Assembly: GCA_964016885.1 (NCBI GenBank)
Contig: OZ024745.1
Location: 108,872,001-108,936,000, forward strand
DNA: 64,000 nucleotides
Direction of reading: 5' to 3'
From: Eledone cirrhosa
Lineage: Eukaryota
The position numbers were made by a program, and so were the translations under genes. Shown in pieces: positions 1-12,186 of the stretch (position 1 is the first letter of the stretch; every line of letters begins with the position of its first letter). Under the pieces are notes generated by a model, which ran no database searches, was not told the origin of the DNA, and worked only from the letters and a program-made list of their open reading frames with translations.

Positions 1-200
1 AAATTGGAAAAGGAACAAAACAGAGAGGCAGTACAAACAAAGGTTTATTAGTTTCACGCTCTTGAGGGTGAGGGAGGGCTCGATAAGGATTATATATATA
101 CATATAGAAATCCGTAGAGCAATATTTATAAAAGTTTAAGCAAAAAATCGCTGCTTTCACCCTTAACAGGATCTTCTGTATATATATATATATATATATA

Positions 201-410
201 GAAGGAATTGTGGTAAGGAACCAGTTGGACCATAACGCACCAGAATACTCAATACTTAGGGTATCGGAAAAAGTCCAGAAATAGCCGTCGAAACGGCTTG
301 AGCTCTGCCGTCGGGGTCATTCTTTTTCCTATTACCCACTCTACTACCCTAAGTATTGAGTACTCAGGTGCGTTATGGTCCATCTGGTTCCTTACCACAA
401 TTCCTTCGTT
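201..410 (+). mobile_element. (TA)n-embedded fold-back element, family F (3' half of a hammerhead)
   Basis: GAAA-CGGC ttgagctct GCCG-TC|GGGGTCAT ... CCTTCGTT(TA)n, with an inverted partial copy at its 5' side. Confidence 0.75.
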
Positions 411-425
411 ATATATATATATATA

Positions 426-618
426 AGGGCGGTGGATTGGCAGTATCGGTAGAGGGTCGGGCGCCATGCTTTGAAGCATAGAGTTACCTCCCTTTATTAT
501 CTGAGTTCAAATCCCGCCGAGATTAACTTTGCCTTTCATCCTTACGGTGGGGTCGATAAAATAAAGTACCAGTAATGCACTGGGATAATTGCTGACCTGG
601 TGCCAAAAGTAGAAACAG

Positions 619-620
<2 letters not shown>
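426..620 (+). mobile_element. tRNA-derived SINE, family S1
   Basis: A-box TGGCAGTATCGG, B-box GAGTTCAAATCC, body GCCTTTCATCCTTAC.GGGGTCGATAAAATAAAGTACCAG, tail GGCCTTGTGCC..AAGTAGAAACA; more than 25 copies or fragments in the window. Confidence 0.9.
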
Positions 621-662
<42 letters not shown>

Positions 663-776
663 GATTCTTTGCTTAAACTTTTATAAATATTTGCTCTACG
701 GGTTTATATATATATATATATAATCCTTATCAAGCCCTCTTCGGATTTTAGTCTTCACATTTATTATTACTATATA

Positions 777-841
<65 letters not shown>

Positions 842-949
842 TTTTAATGCGATGAAATACCAATGATGGTTGGAAAATCACTGACGAAGGACTATTTTTA
901 TCATATGTAACCTATGTGCAATCACGCAGTATTCTTCTTTCTTCTCATG

Positions 950-1027
<78 letters not shown>

Positions 1028-1092
1028 CAAGAGCGTGAGACTAATAAACCTTTGTTTGTACTGCCTCTCTGTTTTTGTTCCCGTTCCAGTTT

Positions 1093-1190
<98 letters not shown>

Positions 1191-1368
1191 TGTGTGTGTG
1201 TGTATATATATATATGACCAAAAATTAGTATGGTTCGTTGATTACTCAACGAATACAATTTTACAATAGATTAGAAGCACCCAACAAAAAGTTTTCCTGG
1301 AGTTTTTAATATTATTCAAAGATGTTAACAATAATCAAGACCGTGGCGGTATGTCATATATCAAATCA

Positions 1369-1435
1369 TATATTTTATCTGATGAAAACGTACTGAAACA
1401 ACACAGTACCTTTGAAATATATATAATAAAGTATA
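1369..1435 (+). ncRNA. Type I hammerhead ribozyme, minimal/Penelope-like (family A)
   Basis: Stem I TATATTTTAT/ATAAAGTATA, CTGATGA (1379-1385), stem II AAA-C-GTACTG/CAGTAC-C-TTT, GAAA (1414-1417), palindromic TATATA, UA cleavage after 1425. Confidence 0.8.
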
Positions 1436-1509
1436 TATTTTGATTATGCGAATATTTTTCATATGTTAACATTTTGAATAATATATATACCGTATATATA
1501 TATATATAG

Positions 1510-1760
1510 TAAAAAATTGAACGGGAACAAAACAGAGAGGCAGTACGAACAAAGGTTTGTTAGTTTCACGCTCTTGAGAGTGGGGTGGTGGTGGGGAACG
1601 ACGTTTCGGGCATAAGCCCTTCTTCGGGTGAAAAGTGTGTGGGAAGAGAGTTCCAAGGGTGTGTTGGGGAGAGGTGGAGAGACATATAGAAAAAAGGGGG
1701 TGAGAGGAAACGGTACAAATGAAATTAAATATAAAAGCATAATATATATATGCATAAATA
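1510..1760 (-). mobile_element. Penelope-like terminal repeat with hammerhead core (family E)
   Basis: Reverse-complement homolog of 50430-50670; core CCGAAGA-A-GGGC ttat GCCC-GAAA-CG-TC; abuts (TA)n. Confidence 0.58.
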
Positions 1761-1951
1761 CAAAAGTATTTCATCATACATATTTATTTAATTTTATTAT
1801 TTTTATATTTTCAGTCATTAGACTTCGCCCATGCTGGGGTACAACATTGTAGAGATTAAATCGATCGTATCGATACCACATCTTTTTTTTTCTTTTTTTC
1901 TTTTTAAAGCCTGGAATATATTTTATCGATCTGTATTGTTGTGACATAAAC

Positions 1952-2029
<78 letters not shown>

Positions 2030-2320
2030 TGAATTCCGCGCATGTTCTGCCCCCCCCCCCCTAGTCGAAAAGAGAGATACACATGCCGAAGATCCTCCGC
2101 TGTGGGCCTGAACTCCTTAACCTCTTAACAACCATGAATGCATCATTAGATAGATAGAGAGATATGTTAAATCCCGACCACACGATTTTACATATCTCTA
2201 TACCTACTCTGCATCTCCCCATGTATTGAGTACTCCCTTGATTATGGTCTCCTCGCTCTCAGCACCTCAGACTTCCCCCACCTCTCTATCTGTGTGTGTG
2301 TGTGTGTATGTGTGTGTGTA

Positions 2321-2408
<88 letters not shown>

Positions 2409-2415
2409 CATATAC

Positions 2416-2448
<33 letters not shown>

Positions 2449-2449
2449 C

Positions 2450-2486
<37 letters not shown>

Positions 2487-2493
2487 CATATAC

Positions 2494-2663
<170 letters not shown>

Positions 2664-2681
2664 TTATATATATATACATGC

Positions 2682-2790
<109 letters not shown>

Positions 2791-3051
2791 GGAAAAGAGT
2801 CAGGACCCCGACGGCTGAGCTCCGGCTGTTTCGACAGATAGATATAGATATTATTGATATATGTGCATGTGTGTGTGTGAGTCCCCTTACATTTTTGCTT
2901 GCCAGTGTTTAGTCATGTTTCCTAGCGGTTCGACAAACAGAGATCGATAAAATGCAAGCACTGAAAAGATAATAGTTGGTTTCATATATATGTACCCCCA
3001 GCAACGTGATACCACAGCAAGCCCATAGCCTACTCTCTGAAACAAGTAAAG

Positions 3052-3183
<132 letters not shown>

Positions 3184-3237
3184 ATATATACACACATGCT
3201 TATACATATATGTATGAATATATACAAACATATATGG

Positions 3238-3297
<60 letters not shown>

Positions 3298-3340
3298 ATT
3301 AAATCTTAACCATTTAACATCTCAGGGTATGTCATGTATC

Positions 3341-3403
3341 ATTATATTTTGTCTGATGAGGACGTACTGTTGTACCTCCGAAATATGTATAATAAAATGT
3401 AAT
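3341..3403 (+). ncRNA. Type I hammerhead ribozyme (family A)
   Basis: Stem I ATTATATTTTGT/ATAAAATGTAAT, CTGATGA (3353-3359), stem II GGA-C-GTAC/GTAC-C-TCC, GAAA, TATGTA, UA cleavage after 3391. Confidence 0.83.
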
Positions 3404-3449
3404 TGATCAAAAGAACATCTATTTTATTAATATTTATATTTTAATACAT

Positions 3450-3483
<34 letters not shown>

Positions 3484-3531
3484 ATACACACGCACACACA
3501 TGTACACATACTTACATACATACACACATGC

Positions 3532-3576
<45 letters not shown>

Positions 3577-4136
3577 TATAAATATATATATATACATATA
3601 CATATGTATATACATGTATAAACATACACATATATATATATATATATACACACACACATATATATATATGTATATATCCGCACACACATATATAAACATA
3701 CACACTCTCGTGTATATATAAACATACAAATATATATATATATAATATTTAAAGTTTTCTTCTGATCGGAAGGTCGTGAATTCGATTCCCACCGACGTGT
3801 TGTACACTTAATCAATACACATTTTCTCGCGTGTCTGCAGCTAAGATGACTGAATTTGTCAGATACTATGTAGAGCTGAATCTCCCTGAGAATTGTGTTA
3901 AGTATATAAATATCTGTGAACTACACAGCCTCTTGCACGTTATTTCCCGAGCATGTTGTTCCTTTGATGAAACAACTGGAACAAGCGTCGTCGCAACCGA
4001 CACAAGACCAAACGGAACAACACATGTATATATGTATATATATATATGTATGTATATATATGTGTGTGTGTGTGTGAGTATATTGTGCATGTGTAAGCAT
4101 ATTGTCCTTGTGTTTGTGTTTCTCACACTTTTTCTA

Positions 4137-4441
4137 AATAATTGTTTCTACTTTAGGCACAAGGCCAGCAATTATCCCAGTGCATTACTGGTACTTTATT
4201 TTATCGACCCCGTAAGGATGAAAGGCAAAGTTAACCTCGGCGGGATTTGAACTCAAATCATAAAGGGCCATAACTCTTTGCTGCAAAGCATGGTGTCCGA
4301 CTCTCTACCGATACTGCCAATCCACCGCTAAATAATTGTTTCTACTTTAGGCACAAGGCCAGCAATTATCCCAGTACATTACTGGTACTTTATTTTATCG
4401 ACCCCGTAAGGATGAAAGGCAAAGTCAACCTCGGCTGGATT
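4137..4441 (-). mobile_element. Two tandem S1 SINEs (one full, one partial)
   Basis: Family consensus; TSD CTAAATAAT. Confidence 0.88.
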
Positions 4442-4633
4442 TTTAGTAACCACACAGCGCTTCTCAATGTTTACTTCATATATATATATATATATATGAT
4501 GATGATGATGATTTCTCCCGAATGAAACAGTTCTAGTCCTGTAGAAGCCATTTCTATATTGAATATTTTTATACTCTGCTATGTATAGAGTACCTTACTT
4601 ACTGTGGTTATCTGCGATTGAACCCAGGATAAA

Positions 4634-4685
<52 letters not shown>

Positions 4686-4691
<6 letters not shown>

Positions 4692-4802
4692 TTAAAAACA
4701 ACAGAATGTCGGAATGGAAACTGGGCCATTGAAATATGTATAGTGTTTTCGTGGGACTAAAATCTAAAGAAAGTTTCCATTCCGACATTCTGTTGTTTTT
4801 AA

Positions 4803-4808
<6 letters not shown>
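4686..4808. repeat. Inverted repeat with ~37-bp arms between (TA)n tracts
   Basis: The spacer holds the hammerhead 3' half GAAATATGTATAGTGTT. Confidence 0.85.
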
Positions 4809-4858
<50 letters not shown>

Positions 4859-4862
<4 letters not shown>

Positions 4863-5043
4863 AACAAGTATGACCCCGACGGCAGAGCTCAAGCCGTTTC
4901 GACGGCTAATTCTGGAGCCGTCGAAACGGCTTCAGCTCTGCCGTCGGGGTCATACTTGTTCCTATTACCCACTTTACTACACTAAGTATTGAGTACTTTG
5001 GTGCGTTATGGTCCATCTGGTTCCTTACCACATTTCCTTCGTT
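4859..5043 (+). mobile_element. Family F fold-back element
   Basis: Same sequence; ~48-bp inverted arms with the apex just 5' of GAAA; (TA)n on both sides. Confidence 0.75.
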
Positions 5044-5227
5044 ATATATATATAGAGATGTATTTTAATTATGTCTCATATAAAATAATACAACTGGCTA
5101 TCCGCAAAATACGTATAGTTAGCACCCCAAACGTATAATTGGGATTATACTAAAGTATATCCTAATGTTTGTTGAGTGAGACGGAAGCCGATCGGAGTAT
5201 TGCTTAAAACTTTCTCTGTTAATGTAT

Positions 5228-5300
<73 letters not shown>

Positions 5301-5519
5301 TGAAAACAACAGAATGTCGAAATAGAAACTTTCTTTAGATTTTAGTCCCACGAAAACACTATACATATTTCATTGGCCCAGTTTCATCATTAGATCATGA
5401 TATAATACTTCGGGGATGGTTTGCCGTTACAATAACACTGAATTGACAAGCCATCTCCGAACCAAATCTATTTTCTATTCGCCGTAATCCTGTTATCTTA
5501 TATAACTTATTCTGCAATC

Positions 5520-5595
5520 AACACCTGATGAGATCACCCGATACGTGCATCATGATCGGATGTGGAAACAGGGCTATTGAGATATGTATAGTATT
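5520..5595 (+). ncRNA. Degenerate hammerhead motif (GAAA to GAGA)
   Basis: AACAC-CTGATGA...ATT-GAGA-TATGTA-TA-GTATT. Sister copies at 4728-4750 (+) and 5350-5375 (-) retain GAAATATGTATAGTGTT. Confidence 0.5.
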
Positions 5596-5924
5596 TTCGC
5601 GGGATTAAAATTTCTAGTTCAGCCTTCAGTTATAACCCCTGTTTCCTACATCAGCCATGGGATACCACATCTACGATGGATGATCTGCATAACGTCGAGT
5701 GCTTTAATTTATTGCATCATCGTTTGCTATCTGGAACCACCAGTTCTACCCTTTGGTAAACAACATGACATAAATGGTGTATATACATATGTGTGTGTGT
5801 GTGTGTACATACATACATATATATATAAATATGTGTGTGTGTATATATATATCATTTTCATGAAGGTGTGTATTTTTCTGCCTGTCGGTTATCTCTATAC
5901 TAGAGTTTGCCCTTCATTTGAAGA

Positions 5925-6350
5925 GTTATTTTCGGATTATACTTCTGAAGGGTCTTTGGAGTAACGTTACTCAATGAAGAGCGTAGTTCGGAGATCAGAG
6001 AGTCACTCCAGGTAGAGCCACTACTTCTCTGAATTAAGATATCACAGCTCCGATACTATGGGCATGGGGTTAGAATGTCTCAGGAAAGAATCGCTGGACA
6101 GATTTTACGAGCAAAACTGACTGGCAGGAGACCCAGAGGTAGACCCTGAGCAAGATGGTTGGATAACATCCGTGAGCTTGGCTGATCTCGGTTGGGGATC
6201 CAGCCAGATCAGTTGGAGGTGGTTGCTTCTGACAGGACCCGCTGGAAGAAGTGTTTGAGGACTCTGCAGTCCCATGACCCTTTCAGAAAGAAGAAGAAGA
6301 AGAAGAAGAAGAAGAAGAAGAAGAAGAAGAAGAAGAAGAAGAAGAAGAAA
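5925..6350 (+). mobile_element. RTE-clade LINE 3' fragment with (AAG)n tail
   Basis: Degenerate ..QLRYYGH..RM..GRRPRGRP..RW.DNI..DRTRW. Homologs at 33880-34215 (-) and 59300-59620 (+). Confidence 0.78.
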
Positions 6351-6640
6351 CCTCTGACACTTGCGGGTAATAACAGTTAATATGAACAAGGTAAAAACTT
6401 CATAATTTAAATTTAGTTTAATAAGACGATGTTTATTTAAGATAAGATCTACTAATTTTGATAATAAAATATAATTTAATAAAAGAAGCAAATATACCAA
6501 AGAAAAACAAACAAAAATACATAGATTTACTGCGGCTGTATTTGCTTAAAACGATTTATAAGAAAGCGTCGTCGACTTAAGAAACACGAAAGAAATGATA
6601 TTGAGAAATAGAGTTTTTCTGTATGAATATTCTATTTATC

Positions 6641-7170
6641 AAATAATTGTTTCTACTTTTGGCACAAGGCCAGCAATTATCCCAGTGTATTACTGGTACT
6701 TTATTTTATCGACCCCGTAAGGATGAAAGGCAAAGTTAACCTCGGCGGGATTTGAACGCAGAACGTAAAGGGCCGTAACTCTCTGCTACAAAGCCTGGCG
6801 CCCGACCCTCTACCGATACTGCCAATTCACTTTATCAAATAATTGTTTCTACATTTGGCACAAGGCCAGCAATTACCCAGTGCATTACTGGTACTTTATT
6901 TTATCGACCCCGTAAGGATGAAAGGCAAAGTTAACCTCGGCGAGATTTGAACTCAGATCATAAAGGGACGTAACTCTATGCTTCAAAGCATGGTGTCCGA
7001 CTCTCTACCAATAATGCCAATCCACCGCCCTTTACTTTATCAAATAATGATAATAATAATTGTTTCTACTTTTTTTTTGGCACAAGGCCAGCAATTATCC
7101 CAGTGTATTACTGGTACTTTATTTTATCGACCCCGTAAGGATGAAAGGCAAAGTTAACCTTGGCGAGATT
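6641..7170 (-). mobile_element. Three stacked S1 SINEs
   Basis: Family consensus; TTTATCAAATAAT repeated at 6635, 6831 and 7036. Confidence 0.9.
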
Positions 7171-7549
7171 TGCCGAGATTCACTTTAATAATGATAATAA
7201 TGATTTCTACTATAGGCACAAGGCAAGTAATTGTGCCTATAGTAGCAATCATGTGGATTGGCAGTATCGGTAGAGAGTCGGACGCCATGATTCACAGCAT
7301 ATTTCCTTCCTGCCTTTCAAATTGCTGGCCTTGTGCTAATGCGTTGTATAGTTACATCCCTTTAACATCTGAAGTCAACTCCGCATTACCTCCCCCTTCT
7401 CGTGATGCTGAAATAAAATACCAGTGTCCTCTTGGGGACTGATTCTCTACTCTTTCCTTCCTCCCTTTCAAATTGCTGGCCTTGTGCTAATGCGTTGTAC
7501 AGTTACGTAAACAAACACGCTCCAAATTACTTATTTGTTTGTTTATAGC

Positions 7550-7760
7550 GATGGAGTGGCAGCATCGGTAGAGGGTCAAACGCCATATTTTGCAGCATAG
7601 AGTTACGACCCTCTACGGGCTGAGTTCAAATCCCGCCGAGGTTAACTTTGCCTTTCATCCTTACGCGGTCGATAAAATAAAGTACCAGTCACGCACTGGG
7701 GTCGATTTAATCGACTTTCCCATCGCCCAAAATTGCAGGCCTTGTGCCTATATAAGAAAC
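7550..7760 (+). mobile_element. S1 SINE, long variant
   Basis: Has an extra GTCGATTTAATCGAC hairpin segment. Confidence 0.85.
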
Positions 7761-7846
7761 CATTTATAAAGTGAATCTCGGCAAATCCCGCCGTGGTTAA
7801 CTTTGCCTTAGCGGGGTTTGCCGAGATTCACTTTAATAATAATAAT

Positions 7847-8013
7847 AATTGTTTCTACTTTTGGAACAAGGCCAGCAAATATCCAGTACATTACTGGTAC
7901 TCCGTAAGAATGAAAGGCAAAGTTAACCTCGGCGGGATTTGAACTCAGAATGGAAAGGGCCGTAACTCTATGCGTCAAAGCATGACGTCCGACCCTCTAC
8001 CGATACTGCCAAT
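7847..8013 (-). mobile_element. S1 SINE
   Basis: Family consensus with an internal deletion. Confidence 0.85.
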
Positions 8014-8023
8014 AATAATAATG

Positions 8024-8375
8024 ATTTCATTTATTAGCCACAAGGGCCGACATGTAGGGGACAATCCAAAGACAGGGACAGTGGGGGGTTTACAATAAGG
8101 TCGAGTAAAAATGCACAATGGCAAGACTAATTTAACAATGAAGATATACAAATATAAAATAAACTATGCATAAATATAACAAAATAAATAAATTCCCCTA
8201 TCGGGGGTGGACGACCCAAGGGTGACTCAGGTCCCCCACCAATCCTGAACCACCCCATGCTTCTAGGGCACCCAGGGAGAGCATCCCTCTCCTCAAGTTA
8301 GCTAGCCTATAGGCGTATGGTCAGAGTAGACCCATTCACACGGGCCATTCTCGCCACATTCATCCACCTTTTAGC
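8024..8375 (-). mobile_element. 5'-truncated 3' end of a related Tx1-clade element
   Basis: Encodes AKRWMNVARMARVNGSTLTIRL* (stop 8307-8309), matching the ORF2 end ERWVKVARMARVNGPSLYLSL*. The 3' UTR is similar and ends AATAAATGAAATC followed by (ATT)n. Confidence 0.88.
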
Positions 8376-8377
8376 AA

Positions 8378-9290
8378 ATTGAACTCAGAACGTAAAGGGC
8401 CATAACTCTATGCTGCAAAGCATATTGTCCGACGCTCAACCGATACTGCCAATCCACCACCCTAATGATTGTTTCTACTTTAGGCACAAGGCCAGCAATT
8501 TGGANNNNNNNNNNNNNNNNNNNNNNNNNNNNNNNNNNNNNNNNNNNNNNNNNNNNNNNNNNNNNNNNNNNNNNNNNNNNNNNNNNNNNNNNNNNNNNNN
8601 NNNNNNNNNNNNNNNNNNNNNNNNNNNNNNNNNNNNNNNNNNNNNNNNNNNNNNNNNNNNNNNNNNNNNNNNNNNNNNNNNNNNNNNNNNNNNNNNNNNN
8701 NNNNTTTATTTTATCGACCCCGTAAGGATGAAAGGCAAAGTCAACCTCGGCGGGATTTGAACTCAGATCGTAAAGGGACGTAACTATGCTGGAAAGCATG
8801 ACGTCCGACCCTCTACCGATACTGCCAATCCGACATAAAAAAAATAAATATATAGAATATAAATATATGATAAAACAATATTAGAGGGTCGGATGCCATG
8901 CTTTGCAGCAGAGTGTTCAAATCCCGACGAGGTTAACTTTGCCTTTCATCCTTACTTGTCGATAAAAATAAAGTACCAGTAATACACTGGGATAATTGCT
9001 GGCCTTGTGCCAAAAGTAGAAACAATTATTTATGAATAATGGGTGGTGCCGCAGCATGGCCTCAGCCGGATGGCTGGAACAGGCAAAAGAGTAAAAGAGT
9101 AATGGTTTCTGATTGAGGTACAAGGCCAGCAATTTGGGGGGTAGGGAAAAGTTGATTAAATCGACCCCAGTGCATTACTGGTACTTCGACCCCGTAAAGC
9201 GAGATTTTAATTCAGAACGTAAAGGGCCGTAACTCTATGCCGATAAGCATATTGTTCGACGCTCTGCAGATTCTGCCAACCCACCACTCT
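8378..9290. mobile_element. Cluster of S1 SINE copies and fragments spanning the gap
   Basis: Head 8378-8463 (-), copy 8465-8830 (-, gapped), 8883-9030 (+), 9102-9290 (-). Confidence 0.82.
8505..8704. other. Assembly gap (200 N)
   Basis: Run of N inside a SINE copy. Confidence 1.
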
Positions 9291-9943
9291 ATTATTTATG
9301 AATAATAAAAAGAATAAAAGCGAAAAAAAAATATGATGGACCCTACACTCTAAGCTGGATGACATATTTCTGTCGCGGCTCGTGAACATGATAAATAAAA
9401 GTGTTTCTGCGGAGAATAGCCAGCGATACCCGCTGTATCAGCCATTCGACCTCGCAGAGAGTCTTCCTCGTGCGAGATGTCTACGTCCTGATGCATCATT
9501 GTCTTTCTAATAACTTTCTAGAACAAAATGGAAACGAAGTGGAGATACAGAGGGTTAAAATGATTGTTGAGAAGGTCACAAAAGATGTGACGAAATAGTT
9601 TTGATAATTATTAGATAACCACCCGGTTACTAAACCAACTGGGGAATGGAATAGTTATCTGACTAATTAGAAAACTGAAGTGAAAATCATGTGAGGCGTG
9701 TATTTTTATTGGCAGCATGACACTCGTAAAGTATAAGAATATACGTGAGAGAGAGCTGGGAGAAGAGGGGAGAGGAAGTAGGAGAGAGGGGGCGAAGAAG
9801 AGGAAGGTAGAGGGGGAGGGGAAGATAGGTAGGAAGAGGGAGAGAGGGAGGAGAGGGAGAGAGGGAATGAGAGAGATAGGAGATGGAAAGAGAGGGAGAG
9901 AGGAAGAGAGAGAGAGGGAGGGAGAGGGGGAGAGAGAAAGAGG

Positions 9944-9975
<32 letters not shown>

Positions 9976-10171
9976 AAAAGATAAAGATAGATAGATAAAA
10001 GACAATTGTATAAAAGAAATATTAAGGTGACTAATAGAATAGCCAGCGGTATTTGCTAGGGGATTTAACATTCCGAGTTTAAAATATACCGAGGTAGAGG
10101 TGCCTTTCATCTGTTAGCAACGATAAAATAAGGTAACAGTCAAGTAATAGAATTGATTTAATCGATATCAG

Positions 10172-10476
10172 ATATATTACTATACTAATAGTACAATAGA
10201 GCCCAAGTCTACTAATGGTACAATAGAGCCTAAGTCCTGAACCAATATATATATTACTATACTAATAGTACAATAGAGCCCAAGTCTACTAATGGTACAA
10301 TAGAGCCCAAGTCCTGAACCAATATATATATTACTATACTAATAGTACAATAGAGCCCAAGTCTACTAATGGTACAATAGAGCCCAAGTCCTCAACCAAT
10401 ATATATATTACTATACTAATAGTACAATAGAGCCCAAGTCTACTAATGGTACAATAGAGCCCAAGTCCTGAACCAA
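10172..10476. repeat. ~77-bp tandem repeat x4 with an internal 28-bp subrepeat
   Basis: TACTAAT(A/G)GTACAATAGAGCCCAAGTC occurs twice per unit. Confidence 0.92.
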
Positions 10477-10567
10477 GGGGTCCGATGACAGGTGAAGAAA
10501 TATGCCGGTTGGTTGTTATTGCCATAACATATTATCTATTTCTAAAACGTTATTTCACTGCCAGAGG

Positions 10568-11141
10568 CAGAGGCGTGACTACGGATAATAGAGCCTATGG
10601 CATCCAGTGAAATTGTGCTCCTGCCCAAACATCTGATACCCGTCTTTCAGACAACCATAAAATCAGCTCAAAAATACCAATGGCATATGGACCTAATAAT
10701 TTATATAAATGGTTTAACCCTTTAGCATTTTCATTACTCTATATATATACTATTGTATTTTCACGGTAAAGACTTTACTTCACATAATTATCTCACATAA
10801 TTTTGAATCTATGAGATTTTGATGTTATTTATTTTGAGAATAATACTTTAACACCAGTATGAGTGGTCAGTTACAGCCGGTTTGAACAGAAAAAGTTGAG
10901 AGATATGGTCGGTTTAAATGCTAAAGGGTTAATGATCCAGCCTCCATAGTGCTTCACACCCATGATAGTTAAAGAGAGATCATAGATCCGAAGAAGTTTC
11001 TTTTTTCACTCTCCGACGTTAACTTATCTGACTTAAATAGAAAATGCTCCTAGTCCAAGTGGTGTCCCATTTCAAGTCGTGCCCTCTTCAAATGGCCCCC
11101 GTGGCACTTTCTATGCTTGATATACCCTAGTTACGCCTCTG
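10568..11141. mobile_element. hAT-like MITE hosting the piggyBac MITE
   Basis: TIR CAGAGGCGT(G/A)ACTA at both ends; TSD unclear. Confidence 0.55.
10718..10928. mobile_element. piggyBac-like MITE
   Basis: TTAA TSDs and TIR CCCTTTAGCATTT; second copy at 56323-56557. Confidence 0.88.
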
Positions 11142-11184
11142 CTGCCATCTTAACACACATTCACATACTAACTCTTTAAGAGCG

Positions 11185-11400
11185 CGTCGATGAAAAACCG
11201 CCACTTCCGTAGTTTCTTCGCTCACTCGATTGAGAAGGGGCGGGGCCGTCGCCGAGCGGTGTTTATTTATCTGGTGCAAAAGCGTGCGGTGCATGTCACG
11301 CGCGCACACGTTGTGCGCCGACGCAGCCGATGCGCGACCCTTAGTCGAGAACAGTGTCTGTCGGGGGGAGTTTGACTGGGGCGGTACGTCTGTCAAATGT
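11185..11400 (+). pseudogene. 28S (LSU) rRNA fragment
   Basis: Contains the conserved LSU motif GGGGAGTTTGACTGGGGCGGTAC..CTGTCAAA and an upstream degenerate GAAA.ACC.C.ACT...GTTT.TTC.CT.AC; isolated ~215 bp with no flanking rDNA. Confidence 0.8.
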
Positions 11401-11842
11401 CACTACAAGGTTGCGTAATCGTGATATTTTTGGCATACTTAAGCCTAGCGGAGACCATCCCGATCCAGATCTGACTACAACAAGATTTCTTCCAGAAAGC
11501 GGAAGAGAGAAAGTGAGGAAGAGAGATGGAAGAGCAATCGATCCTCCACCCCACCCAGTACTTGACTGGTACTTTATTTGTGGATTTTAAAAAGATGAAA
11601 TACAAGGTTGTCCTCGACGGAACTTGATTTTGGAGCGAAAAGACCATTCTATCCAACATTCTAATGACCATACATACATACATACATACATACATACATA
11701 CATACATACATACATACGTACATACATACATACATTACATACATACGAACATACGTACGTACGTACATACATTACATACATTCATTACATACATACATAC
11801 ATACATACATTACATACACACATACATACGTACGTATGTTAT

Positions 11843-12066
11843 ATACCAACCCGCTTGGACCAAAGTATGACTGAACTTGGATTTGCGGACAAAGAGCGCA
11901 GCTCCCTAATTCATAGTCTACAAATGGTTGCGAGAGCTGGCACCTTCAAAATTTGCAAAACATTCTTGCGATTCAAGAGATGTCAATTTCTTTTCTTTTA
12001 CAACCTTGCCACCAGGAAGGTGGCCGGTCAAAAAAAATATACTCGAAATTAAGAGAAAGAGATAAC
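11843..12066 (+). mobile_element. R4/Dong-like non-LTR element 3' end in (TACA)n
   Basis: Encodes ..LIHSLQMVARAGTFKICKTFLRF, resembling the R4-clade C-terminus (LQ...GT..I...L). Second copy at 20547-20758 (-). Confidence 0.6.
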
Positions 12067-12186
12067 ATACATAACATACATACGTACATACATACGTACA
12101 TACATACGTACATACATACATTACATACATTCATTACATACATACATACATACATTACATTACATACATATATATACATACATACA

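Noticed and set aside
426-520. tRNA genes at SINE heads
   Set aside because: A and B boxes are present, but the spacing is expanded, no cloverleaf is evident, and they continue into the SINE body.
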